A DNA stretch of 54,487 nucleotides from Actinomycetota bacterium (GCA_003157385.1 PMJJ01000092.1:1-54487), one strand, 5' to 3'. Shown: positions 33,157 to 42,413, numbered from the stretch's first letter. Notes: generated by a model not told the origin, from the letters alone. Translations and numbers: made by a program.

Positions 33157-34152
33157 TCACGGCGCCGGAACGACTATCTCGCAGTCGACCCACTGGACCC
33201 CGGTCAGGCCTATCGCCTCGGCCGCGCCGCGCGAGAGGTCTATAACGCGGTCCTTGGCAGCGGGCCCCCGGTCGTTCACCTTGACGATGACGCTCCGGCC
33301 GCGGAACGAGACCTTCAGCCAGGTGCCGAATGGTAGCGTCCGGTGGGCGCAGGTGAACGCGTCCTCGTCGAATATCTCGCCACTCGCCGTGGGCCTGCCG
33401 TGGTTGCCAGCGCCGTACCAACTCGAGTAGCCAGAGAACATCTGACCTGTGGAGGTGAAAGCGTTGGCGTCGGGGCGGGCGAACACGCTGGACGGGCTGA
33501 AGCTCGAGGGAGGCGGCGCGTCGGTGGCGGGGAGTTCCATGGTGATGAGCGTCGAGGCGACGCCGGCGAGTTCGCTCTTCTTCTGCTCGAGTGTCGCCTC
33601 GATGGGCTTGGTGTCCGCGGATGTGTTCAGAGTCGCCTGCTCCTGCTTGAACGCGTTGAGCTTCTCCTCCAGCACGCGCAGGCGCTTCCTCTTGTCTTTG
33701 ACCGCCTTGAACGACGCGGCCTGCGACGAGGCCACAGTGATCATGTTGTCGTACCAGGCCAGGAACTCCGAGACGTCCGTGCTGCTCACCAGCTGCACCA
33801 GAGTCTGCATCCTTCCCTTGACATACATGGCGCGGATGCTGTTGTTGAGACGGTCCCTGGCGGCGTCGACCTCGGCCTGGGCCGCGTCGATCTCCATCGA
33901 ACAGTCCAGGATGTTCTTCTCGACCTCGGCGAGCCGGGCGGCGACGCTGAAGGAATCCTGCTTGACGCGGGCGAGCTTCTGCTCGAGGGACGCGATGTCC
34001 TGCTCCAGCACCTGGGCCTGCTGCTCCTGCGACATCAGGCTGTCCTGCACGGGGGCGGGACTTGCAAGGACTTGACCGCACGAGAGCGCGAGGACAGCGA
34101 CCGCGAGAGAGAACGCCGTTATGCGCTTGATGCGGCGGTAAGGGGCTCTCAA
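33157..34152 (-). CDS. Coiled-coil protein with C-terminal RlpA-like double-psi beta-barrel domain
   Basis: Signal peptide and a long coiled coil, then SWYG...G..TASGE.F......AH..LPFGT.L.V......V.VNDRGP. TTG start after GAGGTGAGG. Confidence 0.85.
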   Translation of the reverse strand: MRAPYRRIKRITAFSLAVAVLALSCGQVLASPAPVQDSLMSQEQQAQVLEQDIASLEQKLARVKQDSFSVAARLAEVEKNILDCSMEIDAAQAEVDAARDRLNNSIRAMYVKGRMQTLVQLVSSTDVSEFLAWYDNMITVASSQAASFKAVKDKRKRLRVLEEKLNAFKQEQATLNTSADTKPIEATLEQKKSELAGVASTLITMELPATDAPPPSSFSPSSVFARPDANAFTSTGQMFSGYSSWYGAGNHGRPTASGEIFDEDAFTCAHRTLPFGTWLKVSFRGRSVIVKVNDRGPAAKDRVIDLSRGAAEAIGLTGVQWVDCEIVVPAP

Positions 34153-34291
34153 TTCTTTCGAACCTCACCTCGACCAGTCGATGCGTTACACAACAATTAT
34201 CGGGATCAGGGAATTAATAATCTACCACTTCTGATAACAATAATCAACTATTGTTAAGTTCTGTTACTGTTTGGCAATTGAGCGGCGCTAT

Positions 34292-35308
34292 TCAACGGCG
34301 GCTCCGGGAGGCTCGCTTCAGCTCCTTCAGCTGGTCCGGGTTGCCCGAAACGATGAGGATGTCGCCGGAGTCCAGCACTGTGTCGCCCCGTGGATTTATC
34401 ACGAAATCACGCTTGGGCCGCTTGAGGCCTAGGATGCCGATGCCTTTCATGTCGTCGACCAGGATGTCACGTAGCGACCTGCCGATGACCGCCGCGCCCG
34501 GCTCGACCGATATATCCTCGAGCGTCAACTCCACCAGCTCACCGTGAGTCACCACGTCGAGGAAATCGCACACCAGCGGCTTCAGGAGCAGAGCGGCCAT
34601 ACGCCGTCCTCCGACATTGTGCGGAGAGATCGCGCGGTCTGCCCCGGCCCTGTACAGCTTCGACTCGGTATCATCGGAGTTGCACCTGCCGACGATGAAC
34701 ACGTCGGGCCTTATCATCCGGGCCGTCATGGTCACAAAGAGATTGTCGGCGTCCGACGACAGCCCGGTCACCAGCCCCGAGGCTCGCTCGAGCCCCGCCT
34801 GCCTGAGCACGACCTCCTCCGCCGCGTCGCCCTTGACCGTGATGAAGTCGTCCGCCATCGCGGCCTCCGCCACGGCTTCGTCCTTCTCGATGATCACCAC
34901 ACTTGTGCCCCTTGCCTGGCACTCTTTCGCTATCTGCTTGCCCACCCTGCCGTAGCCGCAGATGATGTAGTGACCTGTCAGATCTTGAAGCTCTTTCAAG
35001 ACCTTTCGCCTCCCCATGATCTCTAGTAGCCTGCCTTCCAACAGGAGCTCGACGACGCTGGTGGTGACATACACCACTGTCGCGAGCCCGCTTATGATTA
35101 TGATCATCGTGAATATCTCGCCGCCGCGCGACGGCACCACTACCTCGCGGTATCCGACCGTCGATATCGTGATGACTGTCATGTAGAGAGCGTCCAAGAA
35201 AGCGAGGCGCTCGATTATCATGTAGCCGATGGTGCCGAAGGTGATGAGGCCGAGGAAGATTAGAAGCGCTGTGCGCAGGTGCCAGTAAGGACTCCTTCTG
35301 CTGCGCAA
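34292..35308 (-). CDS. 2-TM potassium-channel-like protein with RCK (TrkA-N/TrkA-C) domains
   Basis: Pore helix and filter TISTVGYRE, Rossmann motif ICGYGRVG, and a C-terminal TrkA-C-like region. Confidence 0.85.
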   Translation of the reverse strand: MRSRRSPYWHLRTALLIFLGLITFGTIGYMIIERLAFLDALYMTVITISTVGYREVVVPSRGGEIFTMIIIISGLATVVYVTTSVVELLLEGRLLEIMGRRKVLKELQDLTGHYIICGYGRVGKQIAKECQARGTSVVIIEKDEAVAEAAMADDFITVKGDAAEEVVLRQAGLERASGLVTGLSSDADNLFVTMTARMIRPDVFIVGRCNSDDTESKLYRAGADRAISPHNVGGRRMAALLLKPLVCDFLDVVTHGELVELTLEDISVEPGAAVIGRSLRDILVDDMKGIGILGLKRPKRDFVINPRGDTVLDSGDILIVSGNPDQLKELKRASRSRR

Positions 35309-35389
35309 ATCACACTCCTTTGGAACAATCGCGAAGTACAGCCGCCCGGTGCCGCCGAGCCTCCGTGGATAACAGTTGTGGCATGGAGC

Positions 35390-35851
35390 TCAAAGAAAAT
35401 CCTGCGGTTCGACGTGGTCGAGAAAGTCCCTGAACCTCTGGATCTCGTCCTCGTCTGCCGTCTCCATCACGATGCTGGCCTCGTCCAGCACTCCCTCTTC
35501 AGCATAGATCGGCACTTCCATGCGCACCGCCAGTGCAATCGCGTCCGAGGGCCTCGCGCTTATGAGGTGCTTGTCACCATTGGTGAACATCGTTATCTCC
35601 GCGTAGAAGGTGCCGTCGACCAGGTCGTTGATGACCACCTGCTCAACTTTCACCGAGAGGTCCTCGAGCACGTTCTTGAACAGATCGTGCGTCATCGGTC
35701 TCGCCGTCTCGACGCCCTGGACGGCGAAAGCGATCGCAGTCGCCTCGAACGCGCCGATCCATATGGGAAGGAAGCGCTCTCCCTCTTCCTCCTGCAGCAG
35801 TACTATGGGTTGGTTCGTCGGCAGCTCAACGCGGACGCCGACGATGTTCAT
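35390..35851 (-). CDS. Bifunctional nuclease family protein (DUF151)
   Basis: LLQEEEGERFLPIWIGAFEATAI....G....RPMTHDL signature. The start is ambiguous among ATG 35851, GTG 35860 and the track's start at 35905. Confidence 0.85.
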   Translation of the reverse strand: MNIVGVRVELPTNQPIVLLQEEEGERFLPIWIGAFEATAIAFAVQGVETARPMTHDLFKNVLEDLSVKVEQVVINDLVDGTFYAEITMFTNGDKHLISARPSDAIALAVRMEVPIYAEEGVLDEASIVMETADEDEIQRFRDFLDHVEPQDFL

Positions 35852-36010
35852 CTTGATCACTTGCCTCACCGACTCCTTTATACCCCAACGATATGGCAAG
35901 GTCAAACCAGCGTTGACCCTTAAAAAAGCCCACCATTATCGGATTCGTCGCGCACGAGTGAGACCCTCGAAGAAGTTGCCGGGGAGGACCTGGCGGGGGT
36001 GCCGCGTAGG

Positions 36011-37327
36011 CTAGAATATCCGGAACGGGGCGGCGATTATCTTGCCGGTCCAGCAGAAGCTGTACCAGATAAAGGCGACGAAACCGGCCAGCACGTTTGG
36101 GTGTCCTTTTGACGTCTTGGCTACCGCCTGCCCGTTCTCGAGCGGCGAGTTGTTGAGCGACGCTTCGATCTTGCCGAGCTGCTCCCCCGCCTTCACGCTC
36201 CTGCCGGCCTTCTTCTGCATGGACACCCTGACCTGAAAGACATCGGTCGATCCGACGAACGTGAGCGCCGCCATCGTGGTCTTGGAGACCACGGGGACCG
36301 AGCGCCTGGGGAACGAGCTTATCCTGCTGTCACCCAGCTTCTGTCCCGCGGTGGCGAACACGATCCTGGCGGTGTTGTTGAACCCGTAGTTGAACATGGC
36401 TATCGCGTCGGCCGCCCGGTGGGAGCTGTTCAGCACCGAGGCGATCAGCGACTTTCCGTCTTTGGACGCGGAGGCCACCAGGCACCAGCCGGCCGGCACC
36501 GTATAGCCGGTCTTGATGCCGTTGGCCGCGGTGTACTGCGTGAGTATCTCGTTGTGTCCGACGGCGACCCTTGGGCCCGGGTGACCCGGCCAGGGTATCG
36601 AGTAGGTCTTGGTGACCACTATCTTCGCCAGCACCGGGTCGGCCATCACGGCACGGCCGATCGTAGCGAGGTCGCGTGCGGTCGAGTAGTGCCCGGGCGC
36701 GTCGAGCCCGTGCGGGTTGACGAAGTGGGAGCTGGTGGCGCCCAGCTCCGCAGCCTTCTTGTTCATCAGATCAGAGAACGCCTTGATGGAACCGCCCGTG
36801 TGCTCGGCGAGCGCGTAGGCGGCGTCGTTGGCCGACTGGATGAGCATGGCGTGGAGCAGCTGGTCGACCGAAAGAGTCTCGCCGGGGGTGAGCCCTATGC
36901 TCTCCTCCCCCACGTCGGCGGCGGCCTTGCTGATGAGGACCTTGTCGGAGAGCTTGGTTTTCTCCCTCACCACCAGGGCGGTGACCATCTTGGTCGTCGA
37001 TGCTATCGGAAGCTTGGCGTCGCCGTTCTTGTCGTAGAGCACCCGCCCGCTCTCCGCGTCCATCAGGACTGCAGCGTTTGCCCAGACGCCGGGCGCCGCC
37101 GCTTTGCTGCCGGTGGGCGCCTTTATCTGCCTGGTGGTCTCCGACACCGAAAAACCTATGTTCCCGTCGGCCGCAGTGAGTAGGCATGAGACAAAGAAGA
37201 GAAGCACCAGCAGCAGCACGACCCCGGCTACCCAGAGACGCCAGTTCCTGATGTTGAGCTTCGCCAGCCGAGACGGCTTTCTCCGCCTTCGCCTGTCCAA
37301 ATCTTTATCTGTGTAGACTTTTTTCAT
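36011..37327 (-). CDS. D-alanyl-D-alanine carboxypeptidase (PBP5-type serine peptidase)
   Basis: SxxK (ASTTK), SxN (SAND) and KTG (KTGYT) motifs, N-terminal TM, start at MKKVYTDK (ATG 37327). Confidence 0.9.
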   Translation of the reverse strand: MKKVYTDKDLDRRRRRKPSRLAKLNIRNWRLWVAGVVLLLVLLFFVSCLLTAADGNIGFSVSETTRQIKAPTGSKAAAPGVWANAAVLMDAESGRVLYDKNGDAKLPIASTTKMVTALVVREKTKLSDKVLISKAAADVGEESIGLTPGETLSVDQLLHAMLIQSANDAAYALAEHTGGSIKAFSDLMNKKAAELGATSSHFVNPHGLDAPGHYSTARDLATIGRAVMADPVLAKIVVTKTYSIPWPGHPGPRVAVGHNEILTQYTAANGIKTGYTVPAGWCLVASASKDGKSLIASVLNSSHRAADAIAMFNYGFNNTARIVFATAGQKLGDSRISSFPRRSVPVVSKTTMAALTFVGSTDVFQVRVSMQKKAGRSVKAGEQLGKIEASLNNSPLENGQAVAKTSKGHPNVLAGFVAFIWYSFCWTGKIIAAPFRIF

Positions 37328-37493
37328 AGGCAGACAGGTGACCCGTTGACTCACCAAAAAATAGCCACGACAACCGGTCATATTGACCGTGACGCTAAAC
37401 TGCTCGTCGCCACGCTCCTCGCACCAACCGGTCGATCGCGGCCAGCTCCGACCCCAGCAGTATATCCCAAGCCGGGTCGCTCCAACAACGGGT

Positions 37494-38099
37494 TTAGTGG
37501 GGCACCTCCTCACCGATTACCACCGCATCGGGCGTTATTCCCTCCACAGCCTCCCAGGGGATCACCTCCGAGGTGCTCCTGCTGGCGTGCTTTCTGCGGA
37601 TCTCGGCGAGGTATCTCCTCAACGCAGAGCTCGTGAGCAGCATCCCCTTGCTGACCTCAAGCCCGGCTACTTTGAGCCGGCCACCCTGGAGCATCAGGAC
37701 TACGTCGTCTACCCGGTGGATCCTGCTGCCTTCGGGGTCCACCATCTGCTTGTCAAGGATGTCCTTGCGGACGAGCCATTTGCCCGCCGCGGTCTTCACC
37801 GGGAACTCGGGGTGCTTGCTGTTGAGCGTGATAACCTCCTCGCTGGCGCTCGCAACGTCGGACCAGGGAACAAGCAGCACCAGGTCCTCGGCCCGCCTCA
37901 CCAGCTCGATGTCCCCTACCCGGTCGGTCCAGAAGAGATGCACGCCAAGGAACTCGATGTAGGGCACTCTGCCCAGGTCCGCCTGCAGCGCCATGTCCTG
38001 GACGTGGCCGATCTGGCGGCCGGTGGCGTCCCTTACGTCCACCCTCAGCAGATCTCTGAAACCTATCGGTTGGCCTTCTTCCAAGCCACACACCTCCAT
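37494..38099 (-). CDS. PRC-barrel-like tandem-domain protein, paralogue of the MgtE-like N-terminus
   Basis: LVRKDILDKQMVDPEGSRIHRVDDVVLMLQGGRLKVAGLEV...IPWEAV aligns by eye with LYRDLLDKQIVDMNGYRIVRVSDIRISMSGGEMRVIGADV...VPWNLV of the 39390-41192 product. The start lies 2 nt after the NRAMP stop. Confidence 0.7.
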   Translation of the reverse strand: MEVCGLEEGQPIGFRDLLRVDVRDATGRQIGHVQDMALQADLGRVPYIEFLGVHLFWTDRVGDIELVRRAEDLVLLVPWSDVASASEEVITLNSKHPEFPVKTAAGKWLVRKDILDKQMVDPEGSRIHRVDDVVLMLQGGRLKVAGLEVSKGMLLTSSALRRYLAEIRRKHASRSTSEVIPWEAVEGITPDAVVIGEEVPH

Positions 38100-38101
38100 G
38101 T

Positions 38102-39370
38102 CTATCGCCCTATTGGAAAGATGCTGGATATGACCAGCAAGAGGTCGAGTGCATACAGGATTATCACGGCGATCCACGCCACCGCGTTGTAGGCGTCCCC
38201 GTTGACGTAGTCCCCCATCACGTCACGGTTGCGAATGATCTTCAGCATGCAGGTGAGGATCACGGGCAGCAGCATGCCCATGATGGTCTGTGACACTATC
38301 ATCAACGTGATGAGAGGCATCCTGGGGATCAATATCAGTATCGCCCCTCCGGCGATGAAGGTCGTGTAAACGGTGTAGAACTTAGGCGCCTGGGAGAACT
38401 TGCGGTCCACACCGTACTCCCATCCGAACGCCTCACAGACTGTGTAGGCGGTGGTGAGTGGCAGTATGCAGCCCGCGAAGACAGAGGCGAAGAGGAGGCC
38501 GAAGGCAAAGAGATACGTCGCGTACTGGCCCGCGACGGGTGCAAGTCCCTTGGCGGCCTGCTCAGCCGAGGTGATGGTCGTGGCGCCGATGCCCGCCTTG
38601 TTGAAGAACGCGGCGGCGCAGCAGATCATGATCGCCAGAGCGGCGATGGTCAGGAAGACAGTGCCTATCGCGGTATCCAGACGCTCATACACCAGCTGGT
38701 CGACGCTCAATCCCTTGTCGACGATCGCCGACTGCTGATAGAACTGCATCCAGGGCGCTATCGTGGTGCCGATGATCGTCACGGCCATCACTACGAACGG
38801 CCCGTTGAGCTGGCCGCTGGGGACCAGCAGACCGTGCGCGACCGCGTTCCACTGGGGCTTTGCCAGTATTGCCGATATAATATAGGCGATGTAGACCAGG
38901 CTCACCAGCATGAAGACTTTCTCGACCACCTTGTAGCTGCCCTTCAGCACCAGCCACCAGATGGCCACGGCGGCTATGGGCACCGCGATGTACTTGGAGA
39001 TTCCGAAGATCTGCGAGCTGGCCGCTACACCGGCGAACTCTGAGACGGTGTTCGCGAAGTTCGCCACCAGCATCGCGACCATTATCATCGCTGTGAGCCT
39101 GAAGGAGAACTCCTCGCGTATCAGGGAGGCCAGTCCCTTTCCGGTGACGATGCCCATGCGGGCGTTCATCTCCTGCACCAGGTACAGCAACACGCCGGTG
39201 GGGATGAGGATCCAGAGGATGGAGTAGCCGTACCTGGCACCGGCGACCGAGTAGGTCGCGATGCCGCCCGCGTCGTTGTCGACCATGCTCACGATGATCC
39301 CCGGACCCAGCACGGAGAGCATCATGAGCACGTTTGTCTTGTTCAGCCAGCTGTTACGTCGCTCCGCCAA
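38102..39370 (-). CDS. mntH: NRAMP-family divalent metal transporter
   Basis: GPGIIVSMVDNDAGGIATYS and about 11 TM segments, typical of MntH/NRAMP. Confidence 0.9.
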   Translation of the reverse strand: MAERRNSWLNKTNVLMMLSVLGPGIIVSMVDNDAGGIATYSVAGARYGYSILWILIPTGVLLYLVQEMNARMGIVTGKGLASLIREEFSFRLTAMIMVAMLVANFANTVSEFAGVAASSQIFGISKYIAVPIAAVAIWWLVLKGSYKVVEKVFMLVSLVYIAYIISAILAKPQWNAVAHGLLVPSGQLNGPFVVMAVTIIGTTIAPWMQFYQQSAIVDKGLSVDQLVYERLDTAIGTVFLTIAALAIMICCAAAFFNKAGIGATTITSAEQAAKGLAPVAGQYATYLFAFGLLFASVFAGCILPLTTAYTVCEAFGWEYGVDRKFSQAPKFYTVYTTFIAGGAILILIPRMPLITLMIVSQTIMGMLLPVILTCMLKIIRNRDVMGDYVNGDAYNAVAWIAVIILYALDLLLVISSIFPIGR

Positions 39371-39389
39371 CTCCTTCTCCGATCATGGT

Positions 39390-41192
39390 CTAGTGCAAGG
39401 CCCGCAACAGCAGGTCACTGACGGCCAGAAAACAAACCAGCGATGTCGCGGTGGCGAGAACCACGACAATCCTCCCGGGACCGACTGCGGGCCCCGGCCT
39501 GGCCCGCTTGAGCGCGAGCGGCAGCCCCAGCCCAAGCATACCGGCGACCGCTATCGCCACGAACAGGCCGATGGCCGCAGCCACAGCAGCCTCCCAGTTG
39601 TGCACCCATATCAAGCCGGCGGCGAGCCCGAGCCCACTTATCAGGGCGGCGGCGGCAAGCGTGTAGGTATATTCCCGCGCCAGCAGGCGGCCGATCGTCG
39701 AGGGCGCGGTGCTCTCCTCGTGGATGTCGCTGACCGCGGCGGCAAGCGACCACACCGACACATCGTGCGTCGCCCGCAGTGCCAGGGGCACGAAGTAGAC
39801 GATCGCCAGCGCCAGCAGGAACTCGGAGCGGAAGATCGCGAAAAGCCCCGTCGCCAGTATGCCACCGAAGAACGCCAGCATCGTTGCGCCCCACCTGCGG
39901 GGGTCGAGCGCGTCGCGCACCGGGGTGCCCTCCTCCTCGAACGGGACGCCGGATAGCTGGGAGAAGTCCTCGCCCGACTCCTGGCGGATCACATCGATCG
40001 CATCGTCGACGGTGACGATCCCCTTCAGGACGTGGTCCTCGTTGAGGACCGGAACGGCCAGCAGGTTGTAGCGCGTCAACTTCTCGGCCACCGTCTCCTG
40101 GTCGTCGTCGACGTCCGTGGTGATGACGTCGCGCATCATCAGGCTACCGACGCGCACGTCCGCCCTTGCCCTGAGAAGGTCCCTCAATGAGAGCACCCCG
40201 GAGAGATGGCCGTCGCGGTCGACCACGTAGACGTAGTAGATGGTCTCGGCCTCGGGGGCTTCATCCCTGAGGCGGTCTATGGTGTCGGAGGCTGTGATGT
40301 GATCGGGGACCGCGATGAACTCAGTGGTCATGCGGCCCCCGGCGGTAGTCGGCTCGTAGCCCAGCAGCTCTGAGACCACCGAGGCCTCCTTGATGCCCAT
40401 GAGGGTGAGCAGGAACTGCGCCTTCTCTCTCGGCAGAGAGCCGAGGATGTCGGCGGCCTCGTCCGGCGGCATTATCTCGAGGAGGTCGGACAGCCTCTCG
40501 TCGTCAAGGGAGTCGGCTACCTCGGAGCGGATGCCGGGAAGTATCTGGGACAGGACCTCGGCCGCTTTAGGGGCCTCGATGAGCGCCAGGATCTTCGCGC
40601 GCTGATCCTCCGGGAGCTGCTCTATTATGTCGGCGAGGTCGGAGGGGTGTATCTCCAGGAACTCGCGGTACGGGACGCTGAGCCTCACGTCGTAAGGCAT
40701 CGGGCCCACGGGCGACACCAGGTTCCAGGGCACGATGCGGTCGCGGAGCACGTCGCTCCTCTCGCTGCGCAGCTTCTCCGCCAGACTATGCAGGCCCAGC
40801 CTGCGCAGGAAGGCGAGCGCCCCAACATCGGCCCCGATGACCCGCATCTCTCCTCCGGACATCGAGATCCTGATGTCGCTCACCCGGACGATGCGGTAGC
40901 CGTTCATGTCGACGATCTGCTTGTCGAGCAGGTCGCGGTACAGGAATACGTCGCCCTCGTCGGCCTGGACCCCGGACGGCTGACGTAGCAGCACGATGCG
41001 GTCGCCTCTCACCTCGGCCACGTCGCTCCAGGGGATGTAGATGCGCTCCCCGCGCCTGCCGGGCCTGGCGACGATTCCTTTGACGGGCGGGAACTTGGCG
41101 GCCGGCTCGACGACGAGGTCCGTGACTCGGCCCAGTGCCTGGCCACTCTCGTCCTGTATTCTCCTTCCGAGCATTGCGCTCAAGTACGGCAT
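39390..41192 (-). CDS. MgtE-like transporter with N-terminal tandem PRC-barrel-like module, MgtE_N, CBS pair and membrane domain
   Basis: The MgtE_N pattern (DLADIIEQLPEDQR...DEAADILGSLP), the CBS pair (IYYVYVVDRDGHLSGVLSLRDLL) and a hydrophobic C-terminus are all present. The start is trimmed to ATG 41192 because the track's extension would run through a terminator hairpin. Confidence 0.8.
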   Translation of the reverse strand: MPYLSAMLGRRIQDESGQALGRVTDLVVEPAAKFPPVKGIVARPGRRGERIYIPWSDVAEVRGDRIVLLRQPSGVQADEGDVFLYRDLLDKQIVDMNGYRIVRVSDIRISMSGGEMRVIGADVGALAFLRRLGLHSLAEKLRSERSDVLRDRIVPWNLVSPVGPMPYDVRLSVPYREFLEIHPSDLADIIEQLPEDQRAKILALIEAPKAAEVLSQILPGIRSEVADSLDDERLSDLLEIMPPDEAADILGSLPREKAQFLLTLMGIKEASVVSELLGYEPTTAGGRMTTEFIAVPDHITASDTIDRLRDEAPEAETIYYVYVVDRDGHLSGVLSLRDLLRARADVRVGSLMMRDVITTDVDDDQETVAEKLTRYNLLAVPVLNEDHVLKGIVTVDDAIDVIRQESGEDFSQLSGVPFEEEGTPVRDALDPRRWGATMLAFFGGILATGLFAIFRSEFLLALAIVYFVPLALRATHDVSVWSLAAAVSDIHEESTAPSTIGRLLAREYTYTLAAAALISGLGLAAGLIWVHNWEAAVAAAIGLFVAIAVAGMLGLGLPLALKRARPGPAVGPGRIVVVLATATSLVCFLAVSDLLLRALH

Positions 41193-41411
41193 CGGACGCT
41201 CCCGTGACGAGGCGAAAAAAAAGCCCTCGGAAGAGGGCAGTCTCATCACCCGTTCCCGAAATGATTACATCAAGGCCGGACCCCTCCCACATGAAGCCGC
41301 GCGGGTAAGATCTCTTCCTTTGGAATTATTTGTTTGTCTGATTTGTCACTCTCGCCCATTTGGTCCTTACACCCGCTTCCAACTGAGGAAGCACCAAGTC
41401 AGGTAATTATA
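41193..41411 (-). promoter_or_regulatory. Roughly 200-nt structured leader (candidate riboswitch/attenuator) with TATAAT promoter
   Basis: A perfect TATAAT (minus strand, 41406-41411) is followed by a long-range helix, gcgggtgtaag...cttacccgc. The upstream segment ggaagag can pair with the terminator 5' arm ctcttcc. Confidence 0.5.
41215..41238 (-). terminator. Leader intrinsic terminator upstream of the MgtE-like gene
   Basis: On the minus strand, gccctc-ttcc-gagggc is followed by eight T, ending 22 nt before the ATG. Confidence 0.7.
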
Positions 41412-41440
41412 GTACAAGGCCGGCGGTGAGACACCCACCC

Positions 41441-42328
41441 TCACTCGGGGAACATCTGATCATCGGCCGGGGCTGACTGCGGCGGAGTCTCCGGCGCTGG
41501 TGACACCTGCTCTGACGCGCCCGGTTCAACACCTGCGGTCGGAGGCTCCGCAAGGTCCGGCGCGGACTCCTCCAGCTCGGCCTCGACTGTCGCGCCTTCC
41601 TCATCCTCCTCCAGGATGTCGAGAGACGCGGGCCTGGGCAGGTAGCTCGAGAGCGCTTCCCGAAGCAGCGCCTGGATGAACATCTGGGAGAGAGCCATCA
41701 GGTTCTCGAGGTCCTTGATGGCGCTCCGCTTGGTGTTGGGATCCTTGTGCTGTAACTGGGGCCTGATGATCTGCTCGATGAACGAGGCCTCGCGTCCTAC
41801 GAACTGGTTGAACATCCGCAGATGGCGTGGTTCCACTCCGTAGCGGAAGAACTCCTTGGCCAGGTTGAGGATTTTCAGCTCCGAGGGCGGAAAGTACTTT
41901 CCTTCCGGCCCTTCGTGTACGTTCACGATACCGTAGTCGACGAGCTCCTTCAGAGTCTCGGGGGAAAGCCCCAGCTTTGATGGAGCAAGGTCGAGGGACA
42001 CCGGCACCGCGCCGGTGAGGCTCGGCTCCGCCGCCTGGCCTGACATGACGGTCATGTCGCCGGCGACCACCTTACCCGACTTGAGGTCCTGCATCTTCCG
42101 CTTGATGACTGAAAGAGGAAGATACTCCTCACGTTGAAGTCGAAGTATATAGCTGAGCTGCTTGATGTTGGCCTTGGAGTATTTGCGATAGCCGCTGGGC
42201 GTGCGCTCCGGGTTAAGCAGGCCCTCTTTTTCGAGGAAGCGGATCTTGGATATCGTGATGTCAGGAAACTCTTTCTTGAGAATATCCTGAACCTCGCCTA
42301 TACCGTACTTCTTTTCCTCCGCCGCCAT
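41441..42328 (-). CDS. MerR-family transcriptional regulator (Rv1828/FtsR-like context)
   Basis: N-terminal HTH YGIGEVQDILKKEFPDITISKIRFLEKEGLLNPERTPSGYRKYS. ATG 42328 is preferred to TTG 42361. Confidence 0.85.
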   Translation of the reverse strand: MAAEEKKYGIGEVQDILKKEFPDITISKIRFLEKEGLLNPERTPSGYRKYSKANIKQLSYILRLQREEYLPLSVIKRKMQDLKSGKVVAGDMTVMSGQAAEPSLTGAVPVSLDLAPSKLGLSPETLKELVDYGIVNVHEGPEGKYFPPSELKILNLAKEFFRYGVEPRHLRMFNQFVGREASFIEQIIRPQLQHKDPNTKRSAIKDLENLMALSQMFIQALLREALSSYLPRPASLDILEEDEEGATVEAELEESAPDLAEPPTAGVEPGASEQVSPAPETPPQSAPADDQMFPE

Positions 42329-42413
42329 ATTGAGCCCACTTAAGTCTGAACGTTTAGTCAAGCCTTAAGACTTAATATGCGGAATATAGGTGCCCAATGT
42401 CAACCCTTGAGGC

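Noticed and set aside
33098-34257. Alternative-frame ORFs (356 aa minus strand, 304 aa plus strand) over the RlpA-like gene
   Set aside because: Both are Arg/Gly-rich with no motifs. The 33157-34152 frame has a signal peptide, a coiled coil and a DPBB signature.
34153-34291. ydaO (c-di-AMP) riboswitch upstream of the RlpA-like gene
   Set aside because: The region is AT-rich and lacks the GC-rich pseudo-symmetric helices and conserved ACGGGGA-type elements.
41193-41249. Track start (41249) of the MgtE-like ORF
   Set aside because: The extension would translate through the leader terminator hairpin and T8 run. ATG 41192 has a GGGAG SD at proper spacing.
41193-41411. Assigning the MgtE-like leader to the M-box or yybP-ykoY riboswitch classes
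   Set aside because: I could not find the conserved cores as I recall them (GUUAGGUGAGGCUCC / AAUGGGUCAAC for the M-box; GGGGAGUAG / UUGACAUA for the Mn2+ class). The leader is kept as an unclassified candidate.
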